The notes below the pieces were generated by a model. It was not told the DNA's origin and searched no databases. It worked only from the letters and a program-made list of their open reading frames with translations. Position numbers and translations under genes: made by a program. From Azolla caroliniana (Eukaryota > Plantae > Polypodiophyta), in NCBI GenBank assembly GCA_043228905.1, contig JBHGNT010000014.1, positions 10,540,001 through 10,604,000 on the forward strand: 64,000 nucleotides of DNA, given 5' to 3'. Below are positions 12,010 through 23,631 of the stretch, piece by piece; the stretch's first letter is position 1; the number at the start of each line of letters is the position of its first letter.

Positions 12010-14062
12010 ATGAGGGGGTCCAATCTCGCAGAAGCCATGGCTTCGGCTGTGGATCGGATAGTGAGTGCACGCGAAGGCGCAGGCACCCTTGATAGGGCTA
12101 TTGAAGCGGTCGTCGGCACGATAGGCCGGTTCGGTGGAAAGGACGCCACGAGCTATTTGGAGGCCTACCGGGCCGAGATGGTAATGAGAGACATTCCGGA
12201 AGAAAGGCGACTGACCGGGTTCCCTCGGGTGGCGATGCCAAGCATCCATGCGGAGGTGCTCGAGGTATGGGCTAAGAGCCGGACCTGGGAGGAGTTTGAA
12301 GAACGGCTCCTCGAAAAATACGGGCCTGATGATGCGCTTCGGCTCTCGAAACGGGACTTCATGGAACGGGTTGAGACCCCCGAAAAGGGGAGAAACGTGT
12401 CGGTGCTCCTCCAGGAGTTTGAAGAACGTTTCGCGCGTCTTTCGGCGCTCGACCGGACCGTACTAGACACAAGTCGCGTCCTGTTGTTCGTTAAGTCGGT
12501 GGATGTGAGGGACCGGGAGCAAGTGGGTCTCCTGCTAAAGACTGATGACGGGCTGACGGCCGACTGAGCCGTGGTGAAGAGAGTTTATGGCCGTTTCGAC
12601 AAACGGCGAGATTGGGTCGATAAAGGGTCAACAGGGGCGGGCTCTGTAGCAGCAAGGAAACTCGAGCCAACCTCGCTAGCGCAAAGGGAAGAGACCCAAG
12701 ACTCGCTCGAGACCGGATCGACTTTGACAGGCATGGTCAAAGGTTTGTCCGGAGGGGCAGCTCTAGAGGAGCTGACCAGGATGGTAAAGGACCTCCAGAT
12801 TGCACAGGCACGGAGAGACGGCGGCGAACAGGCCCGTGACCGAAAGCCTCTAGCTGGAAACCGGTGTTTGTGGTGCGACGCCGAGGCAATGAGAGCCAAC
12901 GTGGTGTATCTATGGAACGGTCGGGTGCACGCTAGCGAGACCCGAAGGGCCTTGGACCTGATTGTCGGACGAGGGGGTATGAAATGGATGATGGAAGAAG
13001 CGGCGGCTCGCCACGCGGAGACCATCCACTACTCGGCGTCGGCTAGGATCCGGGTCGGAGGAGGTGAGGCCCGGAAGACGAACGAAGCCGGATTCTGGCC
13101 ACTGATGCTGGAAGTCCTCGCCGGCGCATGGCTAAGGAAAGAAGAAGCGAACCGCGCGGAAAAACAGGTCCGGGAGGTAACCGGGTGGAGCGACCCGGTC
13201 GAGGAGAAGATAGGCTTCGTTGAAGCCCCATGCCAGAACTACGAGGCTTTGGTGGAAGACAAGCGAGTAGGTAAAACCGGAGGGGCCGGGCCCTCACAAC
13301 GGTGCGACCGGTGCACCGGATAAAACCAAGAAGGCCGGGTACCGGTTGAGCACAGAAATCGAAAGGACCACGGACCTACGAAAGGTCCTGGAGGAACGTA
13401 TCCTCGACAGCAAAGTGGAACTGTCGCTGAGGGAAGTGCTCGGGATCGCCAAGAAGGAGTTCCACGACTCCATCGTAGACTTGGTGAAGAGGAAGAGGAT
13501 GTCGATAGAGCCAGAGCCGGAGAAGCCGGTGGAAGTGTGAATCATGCACATAGAGGACATGGCGCTAGAAGACGAGTTGGCGGAGAGCCACTATTTGAGG
13601 CCGCACTGGGCCAGAGCGACCACGGAGACCCCTGTTAAGGTCGGGGACGTCCAAGAGCTGGTGGTGGTGTTGGTGGACCACGGTTCAAAAATCAACATGA
13701 TGTCCATGGACTTCTACAAAAAGGGGAAATGGCCGATCAACACCAAACACGGCTGGAAAATACGGGCAGCGACACGCGCCATGGAAGAACTACATGGAGC
13801 CTGCCTGAACGTACGGGTGAAAATCGATGATGTCGAGATCGACCAGCACTTCTTAGTGCAAGAGACGTCCTCACATCCGGTTATACTAGGAGAACCATAC
13901 ATCACGACGGCACGGATGGAGACCAAGGTGCTGGACAACGGTTCGGCCTACGCAAGAGTCAAGAGCCAGGACGGGCGTCACTCGGTTCAGTTCCTGACGG
14001 TGCGACCAAACCATGAGCGAAACCACGAGACCCTCGGTGGCGAAACCCGAGGGGATTTTTAG
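12010..14062 (+). pseudogene. gag plus aspartic protease (ORF1) of the Trp-primed gypsy
   Basis: ORFs 12010-12567, 12571-13323, 13346-13540 and 13544-14062. Protease motif VLVDHGSKINMM...VILGEPY. Ends in GGG GAT TTT TAG. Confidence 0.85.
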
Positions 14063-14104
14063 AGAGGGCTATCAAGGTGTGGGGCCGCGATAGTCCAGAC
14101 ACCT
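14053..14104 (+). promoter_or_regulatory. Candidate programmed -1 ribosomal frameshift signal (slippery site plus stem-loop/pseudoknot)
   Basis: G GAT TTT heptamer directly before the ORF1 stop, 6-nt spacer, stem GGGCTATC/GATAGTCC, and loop AGGTGT complementary to downstream ACACCT. The -1 frame is open into pol. Confidence 0.7.
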
Positions 14105-16910
14105 CGGAAAAACTCCACAAATGTATAGTACGGAAGAAGACCTATACCAGAGGTAGGAAATTTTGGTTCTTCGACAACGGAGGTTGTACCATGGCCGGCG
14201 TCAACGGCTGGGAAAGGAAGCGAGCGGAGGGGCGGCTCAGGGGATGCGGAGTCCTCTCCCCCGACGAAGAGATCAACGGAGCCATGGAGGCGGTCTCTTT
14301 TGACGACACCTTGGGCGAGTTGCGAAAGGTTATCAGTGAAGACCTTAGAGAAGACCGGACCGTTATGGTAGGTTCGATGGGAATGTATGAAGTCATCGCA
14401 GACTTCGGGGAAAGGATCAGGTCGGATCGGACGGCCCGCATGAATACAAAGTACAAGACTGTGGACCGGAAGGTAAGGCCTGTCGCAGCACCCTTGCCGG
14501 AGGGCAACGAGGAGCGGATAAAGGGGGTCGCGTCAAACCCAAGTTTACGGAATCCGGCTGGCATAGGGCACCAGTTCACTGACATAACGCTACAGGAGCT
14601 CAAGGTCGGTGGGGGTAGCTTTCTACTGATGGCGGAGGAGAACAGGTTTCGGAGAATGCTCGGAAGGCACGGGAAAGCCTTCGCGTTCTCACCGGAGGAG
14701 ATCGGGTGCGTGAACCCGACGATCGTCGAACCAATGGTGATCTTCACGGTATCGCATGTACCATGGAATCTCAAACTGATCCCCGTATTCGAATCAGTGG
14801 TTTACGGTGCCGAAGAAGAACGGCACGCTGCGCTTCATTCAGGACCTGCAACCGGTCAACAAGGTGACCATCCGTAACGCAGGAATCGGACCGACCATAG
14901 ACAAGTTCGCAGAGGCCTTCGCCGGAAGGTCGATTTACTCTGTCGGTGATCTGTACTCGGGTACGATCAGTTCCAACTAGTCGTGGAGAGCAGAGACATT
15001 ACAACGATGCGGACTCCTCTCGGCCTAGTGCGAATGCGTACCCTACCACAAGGAGGGACGAACTCGGTGGCTCACATGGTGAACGCGATGAACAAAGTGC
15101 TCAGGGATTGTATCCCGGACATTACCATGCCATTCTTAGATGACATCCCGATCAGGGGATGCCCGGTGGAGGAAAAGGACGAGACAATCGGACCGGACGG
15201 ATGTCGGAATTTCGTGGCGACTCACATCAATGACTGCGAGAAGGTGCTGCAGAGACTAGAAGGCGCGAGGCTCACCTTCTCCGGGGAAAAATTGGCCTTC
15301 AGGCAATCAAAGATCATGGTCGTTGGGCACCTATGCGGACCATACGGTCGGAAACCGTCTCCGGCCAAGGTGGAAGCCATCTCCACGATGAAGCATGATT
15401 GCAGTTCGGTTACGGAGGTTCGGAGATTCTTGGGAGCATGCGCGTTCTACCATATCTGGATCCTGCATTATGCCCACGTCACGGAGCCATTGTATGGGTT
15501 GCTGAAGAAAGGGCATAAATTCGAGTGGGGAGAGAGCATACGGAGTCTGTCCGAAAGATGAAGGAAGCACTTGCCACGGCACCGGCGCTCCGAAAGGCTA
15601 CCTACAGCAAAGACGCTCCGATTTACGTAACCGTAGACACGAGTTCGACTGCGATCAGATGGGTGATCAACCAAGAGGATGACGTTGGCACGAGGTTCCC
15701 CATCCGGTTCGGTGCGAAGGTCCTCAGTGAGCGACAACGAGGATACGCCTAGGTTAAACGCGAACTCTGGGGTATCGTATCGGTGGTGAAGGCCGATAAA
15801 GGAGAATGCCATGGCCGACATGCTCTCGAGGGCGAGGTTCAAAAACGAGGACAACATGGTTTCGGAGGACGAGGAAGTCGGCGTAGATTTCTTCGAGGCG
15901 GCATACGTGACGACAAAAAAGGGGAGCACTCCAGCGCTTAACGAATTCGACGAGAGCAAGTATTACGGGGAGTGGCTCCAGATCGACGGGCTCCTGAAAA
16001 CAATGACACCGAACGCAGCGTGGACAAAGGAAGAGACCAACCGGATCCAGAAGAAAGCGTATCGATTCTTCCTTTGGGATGGGTACATATGGAAGCACCC
16101 GAACAAGAGGGACGGCATCCCGCTTCGAGTAGTGGCAAAGAAAGAAGAACAGGAGGAACTACTGGCGGCATTTCACGAGAGTCCTTGGGCCGAGCACCAC
16201 GGAATGTGGGCGACGTTCGAGAAGCTGAAGGAGAAGTACTAGTGGTCAGGGCTGCACCAGGGCATGCATCGGTTCGTAATGACTTGTGAAAGCTGTCAGA
16301 TGCACTCCGTAGTCCGACATCGGGACGAGCTACACCCGACTTACCCGCCTGCGGTCCATTTCAAGTGGATGGTGGACTTGGTGACGATGCCCATGGGGGT
16401 AGGACAAATGCGATACTTGGTGCTTGCGCAGGAAGACTTAACGAACCAAGTGGAAGGCCGTGCACTGCAGAACAAGACAACCACGGCGGTATGCCGGTTC
16501 TTGATCGAAGAGGAAGTGTGTCGGTACAGGTGCGTTGGGAGGATCGTAGCACACTAGGGAGAGCTGGATGTGCGGGAAGCTGAGGAGTTGTTCGACCGGC
16601 TAGGCGTCAAACTCTCCCTCACTACGATGTACAATCCGGAGGCGAACGAGAAGGTAGAACATGGGCACGGGCCGATCGTAAAGGCGTTGGTGCGTGCATG
16701 CAAAGGGCAGGTCGGGAATTGGCCGCGGCTCCTTACTTACGCACTATGGGCGGACCGAACTACGCAGAATTCGGTGATTGGGTTCATGCCGGCAGAGCTT
16801 ATGTATGGACAGAGGCCGATCATGCCAACAGAGCGAACCATCTCCTCATGGGCCACGGTGTACTGGAGAGGTGACATGAGCCGAGAGGAGCTGCTGGCAG
16901 CACGAATACC
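14060..16910 (+). pseudogene. pol (RT-RNase H-integrase) of the Trp-primed gypsy, with internal deletions
   Basis: ORFs 14077-14877, 14983-15561, 15525-15752, 15811-16242, 16264-16557 and 16570-16962. Deletions near 14785, 15800 and 16905. Confidence 0.9.
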
Positions 16911-17600
16911 GGTGGCTGCGCGGTTACGTGGGGGCGGATGTCGTGAAGAAAACTGTCCCTAGGCGGACTGGGACCGAGCCCTTCTCCTCTGCCTCTCTCC
17001 ATAGCCATTTTGTTACCGGCCAGGAAAGGAGTTCAGAGTGTGAAACGGGGAGTTATTTAAGTAGTAGGAATGTGGTTGTAATTAAGCTATGAGTGTGGAC
17101 GGACGGACCGGAATCGGTATGCCGTTCCGGATCCGGACCGATCCCGAACAGGTGCGGATGGCACCGTTTTGTAATACAGACTGGAAACCTATTTAAAGGC
17201 CCGGATACAATGTAATGAGGAGCGGTTAATTAATCAAGCTTAGTGTTGTTATCTCTCTGTGTTAATTGTCGTTCTGCCTTCATTGTTATATCTTACGCGT
17301 GTGATTATTAAAGGCGATCATGCTAAGTAACCTAATTAAGTCGGATTAATCATTGAGTCTAATCCTGTTGCCGTAACACCCCTTTGGTGAAGTGTCTTCC
17401 GTAGACACCCTGTGTTAGGCCATTGTCCGGCCCTAAGAGTTAATACAGTTTTTGGCGACCACGATTCCTGTTTTTGCAGCGAACGACGGCACGGATGGAT
17501 GACTAAATGAACGCACGACCTGGTTACAGATCGAACTCGACGCCTTGCCGAAAGGCAAAGGAGACGTGAGGCTTTCCAGCAAGCGGCGCAGGAAATTAGA

Positions 17601-20600
17601 GTGGATCGCTCATTTTCCAACGTAATCCGGAGAGTAGCGGAGGACTCCCTCTGGTTACAGCAAACATCGCACCCGGACGACGGTAGCAGCCTAAGCAGCC
17701 TCCGGGAAACCGAATCCCTGCTCCAAGCGTTGGCAAGCGGAGAAGGTGAAGCAGAAGCCTTTTCAGCGTATGAATTGGACTCCGAAGGGGAATACAGCGT
17801 GCACACGAACTACCGTAGCAGCAACGAAACCCCAGGCGGACCGGAGGACGAAGGATCGGATACCTTACCGACACCGGAACCGGAAGTGCTAACGCTGGAA
17901 CCCCCGGAACCAGCAGAGGAAGAGCGACCTCTGACACCGAAAGTCAAAGAGGAGAGGCCTCCGTCACCAAAAGAGGAAAAACCACCGATGTTGGAAACAA
18001 ATCGGGAAAAACCACCGACACCGGAGAAAATCCCGGAACGAGCACCAATACTGCCAGCCCGAGCACCGATACCGGACGACGACATGCCGTTCCAGTACTC
18101 CAAGTATAGAGATGATCCGGACGCGGAAGCTCACGTGCACGCCTTTGAACAGATCTGGGAAGCCAACCATGTGTCCCAGCGATTGACCCCAGATGAAGAG
18201 GAACGCTCTAAGATAGCGGAATTTGGCGTCACATTGGAGGGACCGGCAGCAAGATGGCGCCGGACACAGGACCCGTCTACCATTAACACCTTTGCAGATT
18301 TAAAAGCTAAATTCTTGCATTTTTCCAAAAGGAGGTGGACCAGACCGTAATGGTAGGCTTATTTTAGACCATCCGACAGGAGGCAGGGGAGAGCATTCCC
18401 TAATTTGTCATCCGGTTTCAACGGATGCATAGTCAACTTGCCCGCGCACCCCCGGAGGAGGAATTACGGACTATATTCCTAAACGCGCTCAAGGAACCCC
18501 TATGCACGGTTTGCACGGTAATTGACTTCCACACAAGTACTATCGACCAGGTCATTGACCGGGTGAGAGAGATGGAAAAGACAAGCTCCTGGCTCACACT
18601 GGGAGCACTCCAACGGGCGTTACCGTCCGAGGAAGACCTCCGGTTTCGGCAAGCAATACAGTGCACAACCTGCTTGAATTCCGGACACTCGGCTCTAGAA
18701 TGTACTATGAGGACGCAATGTGTAATCTGTCAATCCAAGGGCCATATGACGGATAGGTGCGAGTATAATCTATTGAACCGGCAAGCACCGCCCGTCCGAC
18801 AAATTGAGCCACGCATCAGCCAGGATGAAGAAGAGGAACGCTGGCGGCGAATGGACCGCAACTGACCGACACAGGATGTCCGGTATGGCGATCGACAGGA
18901 GAATGATGTCCGGTACGATGATCGGCAGGATAACTATGACCGGCATGATTGGTACCAGGATTACAATAGATGATACGAACATTACGACCGGGAGCACTCC
19001 CCCGGGTATTGTCAGCAACGGGAGGAATACGGCAGATATAACGGGCAACCCCATCAAGAGTACCACAATAAGAAGATCTATAACAAAAAACGGCATTTCA
19101 AAAAAGGCGGCTACCCACGGGATCTGGAACAAGGAGCTTCAAGCAGCCAACCAGCCCAAAACCCCGGGTACAACAGACATTGCCGAATCCAGCAATACCC
19201 GGAAAGCCTACTGCTACTACTACCAACAGGAAGGCCATTATAGTAATCAATGCCTGGTGAAGAGCTATGAAAAACGACCGACGGTAAATATGGTAGTCCC
19301 TGAGGTGGCAGATCTACAGCAGGTGACCACAAGGTCGAAGGGCATGGCCAAGGAATGGGAGACGCAGGAGACCATCCGGAAACAAGCGACGGAATGGGTA
19401 AAGAAATCAAACGAGCAGAATGTCACAGACTTACAACGGCAAAAGGAGAACACCGTAGGGCTTGCCGACGGTAGTCACTCCGAGAACGAGACATGGCAGG
19501 CGTTGCAAGAATGCCAGATTACGCTGCCACTAGGAAGACTTCTACAACTCGTGCCAAGATTCACGGAAGGACTGAAGATGGCCATGACGGCAGGAGAATC
19601 ATCACCGGCACCGGTGATCTTCTCGAATCCGGAGGAGGGACCAACGGTGGTGGACACCAACAGTCCGGTAATCACTGCCATTGTAAAAGGGAAAGAACTC
19701 CCCGACACAGTTATAGACGGAGGCTCTGGGGTGAATGTAATAAGCCTCCGGACGTGTGATGCCCTAGGAATCCACGAGTGGGAGCCGTGTCCGTTCTGGT
19801 TGCGGATGGCCGATACAAGCTCAGTGCGGCCGACAGGATTAATACGGAAATTAGAAGTCACCGTGGGCGGTCATACATTTCACATCTCGGCAGTAGTGCT
19901 ACAATTACAGGCACAAGGCGCATACCCGCTATTGCTGGGGCGGCCATGATTGAAAACGGCACATATCAAACAGAATTGGAGGAAAAATATAATTACCTTC
20001 CGGCGAGGAAAAGCCAAGGTACGGGTACCAACACAGCCAAGGACGAGCACTGGCAAGGAATGTACACCGTTGTATGCGGAATGCGTGAACATGCTAGAAG
20101 GGTTAGCTGACGAAGAAGAAGCTCAGTACTTGCAGGAAAACCCGAAGATCATACCCCTCTTCGAAATTGACATTGCCGAAGCAGTAGCACCATACTTACC
20201 GCAACCGGAAGAGGCTGAAGCAGAACCGGATAAAGACGCAATCCGGGAGTTACGGCAAGCGCAGGAAGCGTTGGAACGGGAAATGGCCGTTGCACAGCGC
20301 GTAAAAGCGTCGCAACTGGAAGAGGTGAACCTAGGGACCACGGACGAAGCAAAACCGGTGCACATCACCAAGGAGATGAAGTCCGAAGACAAAACGGTGA
20401 TGATCACACTTCTCACGGAATTTCGCGATGTGTTCGCATGGTTATACTAAGACATGCGAGGACTCGACCCTCAGTTATACCAGCATTAGGTTCACTTCAG
20501 CAAGGACGCAAAACCAGTGGCACAAAGACGGTATCGGATGAATCCCAATTATGCCACCAAAGTCAAGGAGGAAATCGAAAAATTGCTAAGAGTTGGCTTT

Positions 20601-23267
20601 ATCCGTCCGGTAAAGAAAGCGACATGGCTGAGCCCGATCGTAGTCGTACCGAAGAAGAACGGAAAAATTCGAGTTTGTGTGGACTACCGGAAACTCAATG
20701 CAGCTACGGTAACGGATACGTTTCCACTTCCGTTCACAGATGGAGTGTTGGATGCCGTCGCCGGCCATGAGGTCTATAGCTTTCTAGACGGATTCAGCGG
20801 GTATAATCAGATCCGGATGCACCCCGACGACCAAGAGAAAACGGCTTTCGTCACCGAATGGGGGGTGTTTGTGGCCGTGGTGATGATGTTCGGACTCAAA
20901 ACGGCACCGACAACATTTCAACGAATCATCATGGAAATCTTTGGTGAATATATTCCGGCTTTTATGCAGGTTTTCCTTGACGATTTCGCCGTCTATAGCC
21001 GGGAGGAGGACCATTTTCAGCACCTCCGTCTTTGTCTAGAAAAGTGTAGAGCGTACCGGCTAAGCTTGAATCCAGCTTAGTGTGTATTTGGCATGTCCAG
21101 TGGAACTCTATTAGGACATATTGTGAGCCAGGAAGGTATTGCAGTCGACCCGGACAAAGTGAAAGACATATTAGAAGCATCGGCGCCGGCAACAGCAAAG
21201 GCATTAAGCCGGTTCTTAGGCCAGCTCCGGTGGCACAGCCGGATGCTCCGATACCTGGCCGACCTGGCTACACCGTTGCATGCCGCCGTACATCGGACAC
21301 CATTCCAGTGGACCGACACCGAGGATAGGGCGTATAGGGCCCTCAAGGTACTATTGTCGCAAGCACCGGTAGTGCAGCCTCCGGATTGGAGTAAAGAATT
21401 TCATGTGTTCGTGGACGCCTCCGACATCGCAATCGGAAGGGTACTTATGCAGCTTACGGAGCCAAAATGGTACCGGCCAGTGTACTATGCCAGCTGAAAG
21501 CTATCCCAAGCAGAACGGAACTACTCTACCACAGAACGGGAAGCTCTAGGGATGATCTATAGTGTGACAAAGTTTCGGCATTATTTATTGGGAAGGAAGT
21601 TTTCCTTCCATGTAGATCATTCGGCACTCCTTTACCTGGTGTCCAAAGCGTCACTCACCGGCAAATTGGCCCAGTGGACCTTACTGTTACAGGAATTCGA
21701 GTTTGAAATATTCCACCGACCCGGTATACATCATGTCGTGGCGGATTACTTAAGCCGATTAGAGTCCGGAGAGACGGGTGACGGAGTAGCGGATGAGTTT
21801 CCGGATGCGGAGTTGTTTCGAGTCACTGCGGAAACGGCAGCAGATGAGACGGTGGCACAGGAAGACAAGTGGCTCACAAACATGCACCAGTTTTTGAGCA
21901 CAGGACTGTCTCCGGAAGAGATGAACCGGGATGAACGGAAACGCCTGGTGGTGCAAAGCCGACATTTCTGCTTACTACAAGACACACTTTACCACAAGGG
22001 CGCGGACAGCATATGGAGACGGGCTGTGCGCAACGATGAAAAGGACCTGATACTGAGGGAAGCCCATTACGGAGTTGCCGGAGGTCACTATGCCGGAGAT
22101 GCGACGGCCAGGAAAATATGGCAAAGTGGCCTATGGTGGCCAACGACATTAAGAGATGCGGTACGGTACGCAAAAGAATGTGACCTATGCCAGCCAATGG
22201 GCCAGCCAACGGAGTAGGCTCGTATGCCACACCAGCCGGTACTACCACTCGAGCCATTCCAGAAGTGGGGGTTGGACTTTGTTGGACCGTTCAAACCACC
22301 GGCAATGAGGACGGGTAATCGGTACGTCATCGTCGCGACGGATTACTGCATGAAATGGGTGGAGGCCAAAGCCTTAAGAGACAACACCGCTGCGTCAACG
22401 GCGAAATTCCTATACGAGTACATCTGGTGCCGTTACGGATGCCCAATCGAATTAATAAGCGACCAAGGGGGGCACTTTCTTGGCCAAGTAGTTCAAAGCC
22501 TGACGACATTCTATGCCGTTGTCCACAAACGGAGCACACCATACTATCCGCAAGCGAACGGGTTAGCGGAATCGACGAACAAAACGCTCCAGAATATCCT
22601 CCGAAAGATCGTCAACGAAAACCGAACGGATTGGGATACCAAGCTACATAGCGCGTTGTGGGCATACCGGACGGCATACAAAACGAGCATCCGAACAACA
22701 CCGTTCCGGTTAGCATTCTGACTAGAGGCGGTAATGCCGGTGGAATTCCAAGTACCCAGCTTACGGATCCAGCTACGGGAACGGCTGAACGAGAAGGAGT
22801 CGGAGGCAATACGGTTAACAGGGCTGTGTGAACTCGAGGAACAATGACTGGCAAGCATCCTGCACTTAGAATTGGCGCAACGGCGACGGAAAGCATTTGT
22901 TGACCGACACAGGAAAGGAAATGAAAAAATGTTCGCAATTGGCAAACCGGTGTTAGTATTTCAGACCCGGATGGGCAAGATGCTGGGTAAACTATGGTTT
23001 AGATGGACCGGACCGTATTGGCTAACACGTGAGTATAATGGGTCCTACCAGTTAGGGAAACTTGCCGGCGAAGTGCTAGGCAAATGGGTCAACGGATTCC
23101 GATTGAAGCCATATAGAGGACCGATGCCTAAGAACCCATTTGAGCAAAGGACCGACACTAGTGCGGAAACGGCAACCTATGAGGGAAACGGCAACCACCA
23201 AGACGGCAGAGACGGAGAGCCTGTAACTGGGGAGAATGAGGCCGGTAAGGGTCCAACGGACAAGTAA
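17601..23267 (+). pseudogene. gag-pol of inner gypsy
   Basis: Gag with CTTCLNSGHSALEC knuckles, PR VIDGGSGVNVI, RT FLDGFSGYNQI and VFLDDFAVY, RH VDASDIAIG, IN WGLDFVGP and YYPQANGLAE. Pol stays in one frame with several in-frame stops. Confidence 0.93.
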
Positions 23268-23631
23268 CGTCACACACTCGAAAGAAAAAAAAAAACGAAG
23301 TAATCATGCAAAAGCGAGGAATGAATGGATGAAAGAGCGAGGAGCGAAAAGGTACGTAGTGGGCATTTAAAGCGCCACCACAGGACATAATGCTATTTTA
23401 GCACACGACGTGCACACACTCGAAAAAGGCGCCAAAATGCACAGAGAAAAACCACTGCACGTGGAGACCCTTTACTTTCGCGAACCTAGAAGCATAGAAG
23501 CACCAAGGCGCTGCAAGATCATCAGACGAGAACCTACGCATAGAGAACCCCCGCCTTCTGAACTCTCTCTCTCTCAATCTCACTCTCATCACCATCCAAC
23601 CTCGTCACCGCAATCCGACCTCGACACAGAC

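Noticed and set aside
18804-19170. Overlapping T/I/M-rich ORF in gag (also 48082-48399)
   Set aside because: Alternative-frame shadow of an R/D/Y-rich low-complexity gag segment; the frame changes look like decay indels.
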